Source: Acanthaster planci
Lineage: Eukaryota
Length of the DNA: 64,000 nucleotides
NCBI RefSeq assembly: GCF_001949145.1
Contig: NW_019091362.1
Span: 496,670-560,669 of the forward strand
Reading direction: 5' to 3'
The translations under genes and the position numbers were made by a program. How positions within the stretch are numbered: the first letter of the stretch is position 1; every line of letters starts with the position of its first letter. Positions 41,501 to 51,300 of this stretch are shown here, piece after piece. Under the pieces are notes generated by a model. That model was given only the letters and a program-made list of their open reading frames with translations, was not told the origin of the DNA and searched no databases.

Positions 41501-44500
41501 TGTGTCTTTCAAATATCCCTGAGACCACTACATGAACAGTTAAGGTGTTGTGACTTGGCAAATTGCATGCACCACTAAATACAGTGATGCCTCATTGAAT
41601 TCGTCTGTAGTCATTTCAACTGGTACAACGTTGCGTTTCTTCTCTTTTTTCCATCTCTTGATTTACAACTGGATGTCTCTTCTCCATCAAAGCCCTTATC
41701 AATTCTTCCAATTAAAAATGCTTCGATTCGATGATTGTGGTCCAACCTTAAAACTTCTGCCGATTAAGGAGTTGTGCCATTTGATCGATTTGGTCAGAAG
41801 AGGCAGCAAACTATGATGACTTCATTGCCTTGTTTCCTCCCTCACCATGGTGCCATCTGTGTGATTTATTATTTTGCTTTACATTACTTGTCCACTCGCC
41901 CGGTGTTCCTGTCTTGACTCTTTAAATCACCCCTCCAATTACAACATGGTCTGCCCCCTTCTCATCAATGCAATGAAAACAAGCGTTTGTTTGGGCTAGT
42001 ATAAAATACGATCCACGGGATTGAATTAATATCACAGACAGGCCAGCTTGTACCACACATACTGTGCTCACCATTCCAAGTCCCTATCAATTATTAAAAC
42101 TTTTTCTTCCCCCCCCCATGCTTTGGCCAATGCCGGCAAGGACCCCGTTTGTTTCAGCAAGGACGCGTGCGATTTGGCCAGTAATATTTCATCGGTCCAC
42201 GCTCTAATGCCTGCCTAAAGTGAATACTGGAGATGGAAGTTGGAGGCTGGAATGAGATTTTTTTTTAATTAAATGCCAATTATGAAATGGCTGGTAGCAC
42301 TCGACAGGGCTATTGGATTACAGCATAGAGTGGATTTCATAGCCTGCCTGTGGCATTTCATTTGTAAGTTGATGTGCTGTTTGGATGCCTATGGGACCTG
42401 TATGCATCACAGTTACTTTGTATCTATGTTTATTTGTGTACTGATGAAGAAGAGATCATTGACAGATAAATTGAACACTGTGATTACACTCAACTGCAAA
42501 GTGCGAGTGAGAAAAAAGAGACAAAAGAAAGCAAGTTGAAGGAAAAGACAAACGAAGAAATCCTTGCAGCATCACAACTTTTTTGCACTTTGGTTTAACT
42601 ACAAGTAGACGTTTGCGATGATCACGTAAGGTACATCTGCTTATACGGGTAATTAAGACAATACATAACTGCTTTTGTTCATAATTACGCAGTGTATTTT
42701 AGTTCAAGATCTTTGTGGTTCTGGTTGGTTGTGGAGGAAAAAGAATAAAGAAAGAAAGCATTGTTCTCCTGAAAGATTCAAACTGTTTCGTTAAATTTTG
42801 TTTGATTCTGCACAGAATAAATATAGGTGATAAACCTTACTTTCTCCCTGTGACTGTTCAGAGGATTACAGTTGGGTTTTGTATGTTATCTGGAGTTTTT
42901 GTTAAGGTTTAATTTTTTGTTTATTAATTACTTTGTGTGTCCACTCATTTTTACTTCTTAGAATAAAACCTTCAGCTAATTTACCAACTGTCAGCTCTGA
43001 CAAATGGGTTAATGAACCGAGAAAAACATGACATTTAGCCAAAGCAAAATCTTCCTCAGTGCAACCTGTTCTCAGTGGGCGAGCCATCCCCTCAGCAACT
43101 AAAGGATTAACCTGCTTTTGTGTGATATAAATCAACTGGCAAGTTAATTATTGTGGGGGCTTTATCGACATGTTTTTGGTCAAAGTCTTGACTAATTTGG
43201 GGCGGCAGATGACAGAATTATCAGTTAGGAGGTCTGTGAATGGAAATGCCACGGCATGTTAGTTTGATCAATAAAGGTTTGGTAAATGGGCCAGGTGGTT
43301 AAATGCTAACAAAATGTCATCTTGAAAGGATAGGGCCCGACCTGCTCCCCAATTTGTCCTTCTCCCCCCCTCGAGCTGAGAAAATAAACCCCCGCATCTC
43401 TCTAATGTTAGAATCATGCCAAGACAGGAGGAATGAGATGTGATGGTTTGTAGGGCATGCGTGACTGCCAGTGTCCATGGGAGTGACTGTCCAATGGTGT
43501 TAAGGGGTCTAACCAAGGATTGATCCAGAGCCTCGTTTTGGAGGCCAACATTTTTATGGGATGGGAGAAATGTCTGATTTGTGTGTGTGTGTGCATAGTC
43601 GTCATTGGCTCTCTCAAGTGTTGAGCTAAATTTGGGAACTTTTTACGCATTTTGAGGAGGTAAGGAAATGATATACATGTACTGTACCCTCCAATCGCCC
43701 TTATTTTAAGGTCCATTTGTCCACCCCACCTCCAAAGAACCTCCAGTGGGTTTTGTCCTACAATAAAGTTATGCAGTCAGCCAAACTTATCCTTTAACCT
43801 TGTGGTTGTTGTCACAAGGGTTTGTCTTTGAAGTGGAGGTTCCTTTCTTCTTTATTCTCCAGCACACCCCCCCCAAAACCCCTTTCTCCTGTTCCTTAAT
43901 AATCAGGTCATCTTTAGTGGGAGGATCTAGGCAGTTAAATTTCAGAAAAGAGAGGACACAGCCTCATCTTTCGAGGCCTTCTCATTGTCATCATCTCCAT
44001 CTAGAAAACCGTACCCATTCATAAGAATGGTAGCCTGACAATTTCCAGGGTCAAGGGATGTGGCTGCACCGTGCTTGCATTCCTCAATTCCTGCCATCAT
44101 TGAAAGCAAACACCCTGGGAAGATAGTCTTGTTTAAAGGCAGATTAGGTGAACCCCAACCTCCAGGATTAAAAAAGGCTTATGATTTTGGGAGTGAGGAT
44201 GTGTTGCTGGACACCATGAAGGGTTTTTCCATTCCTCACTTTTAAGGTCACACTTTTCTCCCAGTCAAGTTGGTCTAGTGACACCTGTCCTTCGGATGTA
44301 TAACTTACAGGAATGTTTCAGTTTTTAAAATCAAACTTCTGGAAAATCTGATATCTTGTCAGATTCAAAGGGCTCTTCACTGGTTTTTCGTAAACTTAGT
44401 GTCTTTATATAGCTGTTCTCACATTCACCTGAATTAATTTGGACTGAAAGATTTCCACCTACAGATATATTCCTGTGTCTTTCTAGTTCTGTGTATTCTG

Positions 44501-44567
44501 CATGTACACATACCCAGCACTTGACACCCCTCTGATATAATTGATCATCCCATGGCAGTGACAAGTT

Positions 44568-44706
44568 ATTTGCATATTAACTTTCCCTAAACCCCGCCTT
44601 CCTCCTGCTGGCTCTCCCTTGTCCAGTCAAGCGAGGGCAGGCTTGGTGAGCCCTGTTTGTTATATAGGGGAGAACCCTGGTTGCAGCATGCATTCAGTCA
44701 GTCAGT
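44568..44706 (+). promoter_or_regulatory. Candidate core promoter for the GPCR gene
   Basis: Octamer ATTTGCAT (44568), GC box ACCCCGCCTT (44591), TATA-like TATATAG (44661) and Inr-like TCAGTC repeats starting at 44694, 33 nt after the start of the TATA-like motif. It lies about 2.45 kb upstream of the ATG. Confidence 0.35.
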
Positions 44707-47138
44707 GCGTTGGGCAACCAATAGAGCCAGCTCCACCGTTATCTTTTACGCAGTAAAAGACAGAAGTATGTAGAAGTTCTTTGCCTCATTGCTTCTTGAG
44801 CAGAATTGAATGGACTGCATACAGTTCAGCTGGGAACATTGACTAAAAGGTGGAGAATCAGCAGCCAGTATCTTACAGTTCGATGCCAGAAACTGTTTTC
44901 TTGGACAGCACCAGTGTGGGGACTCGACCAACCCAGGAAACATGGTTGTCTTCTCTCATCAGTTTTGAACTTTTTTAAGCTTCTCATTTACGCTGATTGC
45001 ACTTGCTAATCATGCTGCCCTGCTGGGAACTTGAATGGATGACAAGTAGTGCAAAACAGCATTGGCGGTTCTCTCAAAAAACTTCACAGTGATTGTCAAA
45101 TTATCCAAAAGAGATACCTAGACTGGAACGGCACATGTGCGTCAGAGTAAAACGACATGAATGGTTTTCATTATCATTCTCAGCCCAGCTCCCACAAGAC
45201 TGAATGCGGTTTTTGAAATATGCCCTAAATTACCAGCATCTTCGATGTGTTAGTCAGCATGAATCTCTGAGTGCAGAACTATGCACAGTGGGACAGACAA
45301 AGCCTTGCCCATGCTTTTCAACGAACCTCACTACATGACGTAGCGATACTTTTCTGATTAAGAACGTGAATTTTATCCGTCTATTGACCCAACAAAAGCA
45401 CTGCTGCCATCCTGTGATTGGTTTACTGACTGCGACGAGCATCCTTCCGTTTTGTTGGCATCTGAAGAGAAAATCCTGTAACACGATCTCAACTGTTGTA
45501 CTTGATGATATGCCAGGTCATAGACGTCACCTCTGCCAAAGATAATCCTCCAAGCCGTGAAGTTACATATTCCAGGCCAAGCATTTACTGTAAAAACACA
45601 GCACCAGCCGACCCACGGGGTGTTTGTTCCCAGCACTGACTGGAAACTACACGCTGTGAGATCCTGTGTCCTTTCAGATGCTATTTAAATCACCTACGAT
45701 TCTAAGGTTTCAGCAGTCTGCCGTTGGTGTTTGAATGTTACTCCGAGGGAGGGCTATTTAGACCGAGCTCCTTCATTGTTGAGTCACATGTGTACAATTG
45801 ATCCCGGTTAAAACTTCTACTTCATGGTTTGCCTGCAAGAAGTCTGTCACGTGCAGGGACAGCCAGTTTTCCAGTTTTGCTTTGTATTTCAGACTAATTT
45901 TTGCATCCATCCATTTGGAGGGAATGTTTTCAACCAGGCAAACTAGAGGAAAGCGACATTAAGGCTCACTCGCCCAGTGACAGTAGACGGCTAACTTGAT
46001 CTATCGCACGGGGTAATCAATTTAACATTGATCCTATCGACGAGTAAGTCAATCAGTCTTTTACCAGTGGCCGGTAGCAAACGTTGGATCCTCCATCATT
46101 ACTTTCAAAGCTGCCCGTATGAAGCAGTGGACGTGAGTATATATTGCCAACCCATCTGCTGCTACAGTGAAGCATACCCCCCCACAAACAGATGCTAATG
46201 AAATCCCTATCATCACTGTCCATTGAAATCAGCCCAATGGGCTGCTTTTTTTGCAACTGTGACAAGAGAATTGAAGACAGTTCATTTTACTGGAAATTGT
46301 CGCCCTCAGCCGGACACAGTTCTCCTTCCGTCAGAAGAAGCTGAAGTACATGCATTTTCCTCAAACTATTTTTACCCTGCAGGGGAAATTTGAAAAAAAG
46401 TGTAAAGAGCTTGAAAATCAGGAGGAGAACAGATCAAATTCTCTCTACCCATTAGCCCCGGGATTTTTCAACATTGTGCAAACGGCTGCAATTATCACAA
46501 ACATCTTCGGCACTTTCTCTCTCTCTCTGAAGCCAGCCTTGGTGGTAAGTGCTTTCTGTGTATTGACAGAGCAGTTTGGGTTACTTTCATTTGTCCCCTG
46601 CCCTCTGCAGATCTTGAAATGTTGCTGAGAAAAACAGACTTGAACAAAATAGTGACCAATCTGTGTTTTCACTTCCTAAATGATCAGCTCAACCGCACTG
46701 ATTGACTACTTGTTTCACAGTCTCTGCTCCTGAGAAACTCCGGTATCAACCAATTTCACAGATCAGTTTGTCATTTCATCCAGTCTCCCACTAAACTAAC
46801 AAACACGACGGCCTGCATAATGAACCACGACGTGTAAATTACACATACTGTTAGTCTTCAGTAACACACTGTGGAGCTAGAAGAACTGAACAAAAGTCAG
46901 TGTTGGTCACAGATCCTGTTGACTCTGGAGAAGTTTTACCCGCCCTTTGTCCCTTGTCCAAATATGTTATTGTATATGTCAAAATCAAGTCTTTGCCATA
47001 TGCTTGTTGACTACGGTGAACAAACAACCACCAGAAGAGATTCACACAGGTTTTTGGGGCTGAAAATATTTGTTGCCACTGACTGGGCATATTAGTGAAA
47101 ACTGTCAGACTTGAGTGAAGTTTGTGATTGTATTAAAC

Positions 47139-48317
47139 ATGGCATTGGAGAAAGCCTCAAGCATCATGTTGACCACCACGGGATACACAGAGGAGCTGGC
47201 ATTGGGAATGGGATTGAACAACTCAGATTTGGATGCTCCACACCCCTTATCAGGCCTTCAGGGTGTGTCCTTCATCGTGACATGTATCCTGTGCAGTATG
47301 GGATTGATTTGTAATGGCTTCATCATTGTCATACTGATCCGATTCCCCAACATGAAGACCCTAGCCAATAACTTCATCCTTAACCTGGCCCTGGCGGACT
47401 TCTTCTTCATGATCTCCTACTTGTTCATGGGCCACCAATTTAAAGTTGGTCAGTGGGTCTTTGGCACCTTCCTGTGCCGTTTGATTGTGCCCTATGATGC
47501 CATGACCCAGTTCGTGGTCATCGACTTTGTCATGATCATGAGTGTGGATCGCTACTTTGCCATCTGCCTTCCCATCAAGTCCATGAATTTCCGTACCTTG
47601 CGCAATGGCCGCATCACAAGCGGGGTAATATGGTTGGTCGCGATACTCTCCACACTGCCCATGTGGATCTACACCGATCATGTTTGCTTTGTTGACAAGT
47701 GCGTGTGCCTGGCTAAGGTCTCATCTGCTCCCATTGAAGAATCCAACAACCGCTGGTGGATCATCTACACTGTCATCATCGGATTCTGTGTACCGCTGGT
47801 CATTATTTGTATCTGCTACCTTCTTATCCTTCACCAGCTCTTGATCAACCCAATGCAGGATTCTAGCTGTAAGAACACCAGCCGACGAGCTGCTCGTCGG
47901 GTGGCCATCCTGGTCATCTGCATCATCATTGTCTTCATCCTCTGCTTTCTCCCCTTCTACGTGGTCCAGTTTATCATCACCACCTTGGAGTCCCACACTA
48001 ATGCCCTAGCCATATCCAGCATCATAACCTTGCATCTCATGTACTCCCACAGCATTATAAATCCCATTGTCTACACACTGGTGGGTGAGAACTTCCGCAA
48101 GAACATTGCCTTCATTTGCTGCAGGCGGCCACGCAATGCTACCGGTATGTATTCCCGCCAGAGTAGCATGCGTACGTCAAGCTTTCACAGTCGCCGCATG
48201 CGCAACTCCCTGAAATCCACCAACAGCAACGATCCGGCAGGTTTGCGCCCCCACAATGGGTACTATGTCCATCTGGACACCAGCCAACACCGTGGTGCCA
48301 GGGAAGATCCAGTGTAA
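47139..48317 (+). CDS. SSTR: Intronless rhodopsin-class (class A) GPCR, somatostatin/allatostatin-C receptor-like (SSTR/opioid/MCHR group), 392 aa
   Basis: Longest ORF in the window; first ATG at 47139 (the ORF track starts at an upstream GTG). Seven hydrophobic helices with family motifs: ICL1-TM2 NMKTLANNFILNLALAD (SSTR: KMKTxTNIYILNLAIAD), ECL1 WVFGTFLC, TM3 D3.32 in YDAMTQF and MSVDRY, TM4 W, TM5 GFCVPL..ICICY, TM6 FILCFLPFY, TM7 NPIVY, helix 8 ENFRK then CC, N-terminal sequon NNS. Codons are GC3-rich compared with the flanks. Exact orthology cannot be assigned by eye. Confidence 0.93.
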   Translation: MALEKASSIMLTTTGYTEELALGMGLNNSDLDAPHPLSGLQGVSFIVTCILCSMGLICNGFIIVILIRFPNMKTLANNFILNLALADFFFMISYLFMGHQFKVGQWVFGTFLCRLIVPYDAMTQFVVIDFVMIMSVDRYFAICLPIKSMNFRTLRNGRITSGVIWLVAILSTLPMWIYTDHVCFVDKCVCLAKVSSAPIEESNNRWWIIYTVIIGFCVPLVIICICYLLILHQLLINPMQDSSCKNTSRRAARRVAILVICIIIVFILCFLPFYVVQFIITTLESHTNALAISSIITLHLMYSHSIINPIVYTLVGENFRKNIAFICCRRPRNATGMYSRQSSMRTSSFHSRRMRNSLKSTNSNDPAGLRPHNGYYVHLDTSQHRGAREDPV

Positions 48318-51300
48318 TTACGTGTAAATTATGTAAATTAATGTACATCAAATAGCACTTTAACTTGTACATTTCATATAAAAAATAATGTTTAGATAGT
48401 ACTTAAAATCTCGAGTGCCATGTACAGTACATGTGTATTTCTAGTTGCTTGAAAAGTGGCTTTTTATATGTAAATAAGGCAGCAAGTTATTTAAAAAAGT
48501 GAATGTACATGTATAATGTAGTTATAACCTAAAACGAAGATACAGTACGAGGTTGAAGTGCCAAAATCATTCAATACCGGTATGTAGCGCCACACGTAGG
48601 TCACATTTTCCATGAACTGCAGTCACTTTTAGTATATTTGGGTGTTATTATTGTATTTTTGCCCATTGATTTGTGCTAGTTGTGTTGTTGTTAAAAGTTT
48701 GTTTACGATTTTGGCATGGAAATGGACTGTCCAGCATGGCAGTCTACTAAGCCTAACTTTTTTCTCAGCAGAAATCAGTCACCAACCCAAAACCACCTGA
48801 TTTTTTTTTAATTTGTAGTTCCCCGTTTGATGATGTTAGCTTCAGTCAATTAAGAACAAAGCATATGTAGCTGAGCAGTGTCTCCTATTTGTGGGCTGTA
48901 TGAGATCAGGAGCTGGTCTGTTCCATTTGGAATGAGATTCAGATTTTCAGAATAAAATTTTGAAATCTGATATGTGCCTGTGCTTCTTATAGAGTACTGA
49001 AGTGCATAGGTCATGTGCACATTTGTGTGCAAAAGGCTCTGGTGCAAGAACCAGTATGTTAAACCAACATGCTCCACCTCTCCATTTCGTTTGGACTGCA
49101 CTTCCAGGTTCAAAATGACATCACACTTTGGTACTCTATAGGGCATAAAGTTCTCTCCTTGTAACGATTTTCTTTTCAATTCATGTTTGTTCAAAAACAT
49201 GGTTTTTATGGTAGATAATGCTTAACAGATGTGTATATGTACCTGTACATGTGTGTTGTTTTCGATTTTGTGAAAGGGGTTGGGACCAACAAGCACAGGC
49301 AAACCTTCCAATGTTCCCCACATTTCCACAAAGGATCTTGTAAATATGTACATTGCAAAATTTCACATAAAGTGCAACTTCAAGTAAATATGTGTAATTA
49401 TCTTTGATCGAAAAGCTTTGCTTGGTGTACAAGGCATGAAAAAAAGAAAAGTCGTCATGGTGTACTCTGAAAGCAGAAATCAGTGTAATAAGTAAATATT
49501 ATGCACAATAATTATACACAAATTTTGAAGCCAGTATGCTCTAGAAAATCTTTACGCCTAAATGTATCCTGGAGTGACTTTGTTTTCACATTATACACGT
49601 AGTCCAATCTGCAACAATCTCTCCAATCTCAGTTCCCCACTAATGGCTGTCTCCAACACTCTCCAAATGACATTTAGAGTGGGAGTTCTGTAGGGGTCAG
49701 CCAGTGAAGCTTTCTGTAGAGATTGATGTCCAGAATTTTTACAGGTTCAAAGAATCTGCCGTTGGATCATTGTGTGTAATTTTGTTGGATCCAGGAAGCT
49801 GCTTCTTCAAGTTGTCGTTGAGTTGGGGTGACAAGTATCTCATGATTCCAAAGTTTCAATGTTTAAGGTGAAAACTATGTTTAAGCATGTGTTCTTTAAG
49901 AATTGGGTAAAAAGGTACATTAACTCGTCTGGCAAGGTCACGTGCATCCCATGTCTCCATAAAAGGTAACTGACGTCTGACCAAACAAACTAGTCAATAT
50001 CTTTATTAATTTCTCTAGAAATGCCAAAACGTCTGTCAGTTTACGTCCATGTAGCTCAGAGGTTTCAAATCAATACAACTCTTAGTTGAAATATGTAAGA
50101 TTTCATCACAGAATTTACTATTTCTGACATCCTAGTTGGGTGCAGGATGTACGTGTACATGTATACAAGAATTAATCAATGTAAGTTGCATAAAGGTTCT
50201 GTCTACCGGGTTTGTCAGATACACAAAGTAATAAAAATGATTGAAAGTGTGCAGTAGTGTAAATCTTATAAGATATGTAAATTGTAAAAAATAGATACTT
50301 CTATTGACAAAAATATATATGTGATTTTGTTTTTATGTACTATGTTGAACAAAGAGTTCTATATGTGAGGAACATTTAAAAATCTGGCAGCTAATAAGTT
50401 ATGATGAACTGTGGCATATTATTATTGACTGTAAGTGCAAAAATTGCAACTAAAAGTAAGAAGGATGGAAAAATTGAGAGTAGGCTTTTTATTTGAGACA
50501 GATCAAGTGAGGTACTGGATCATGTGTCAAAGTACAGGTTAATTTTGAAGTCAGTGTGAAGCCTGAAAAACTTATTGGTTGATTGCATGAATTACACCGC
50601 AATATTCATCTTTTTTTCCATTGAAACACTCAGTACTGTGACAAATATCCATACTCTCACATCTTATGCTCACAAAATTTCCAGATTTTTCTAAAGGTGG
50701 CCCCCCTTTCCTTTTTAATTGAGTTTGTTTATAGAACTTTTGTCATCATTAACATTCAAACTTGTTAGTTTTTCCTGTCGCTTCCCTGGGTTTTGAAAGA
50801 ACAATTTTTTGTGTTTTTTTTTAATAACATGAAGCAAATTTGACAATCCAGCTGCTCTTTGCAGTTTGACCAATGGATGACAGTGTAAATCTGTGAGGCA
50901 GTGGTAATGTAGGCCTACAGATAGTATGACCAGTGTGACATTAAAAGTATATTCCATACATGTACCCTGTAAGAACCGTACAATGACCTACAGTACCCCT
51001 TACTTGCCCTGAAGGGTATGTGTTAGAAAGCTGTCAGCTGGAAAGAAAAAAAAAACGCTTGCCGTAACCTGCCAGATTCATGTGTATTTCTTGAGCTCGG
51101 TTGTGGTTGTTGGAAAGCCAGCGTCAACATGTACCCCCCCGTAGCTGTATGCATGTGGGTATTATGTTCCTCTGCACAGCACCAGTTTCATGTACTGCTG
51201 AAATGGGTTAGAATAACACAGATCCAGGTGAAATTTCCTGGAGGCTTTGTACTCCATCAAAGGATTAAGTCCCCAATCCCCTCCTCCCTCCCCCCCCACC

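Noticed and set aside
47115..47138. GTG start given by the ORF track for the GPCR
   Set aside because: This is a eukaryotic gene; the first in-frame ATG is at 47139 with A at -3.
47361..47996. Antisense ORFs (106 aa and 91 aa) over the GPCR
   Set aside because: Shadow ORFs caused by the GC3-rich codon bias of the sense CDS; no recognisable protein.
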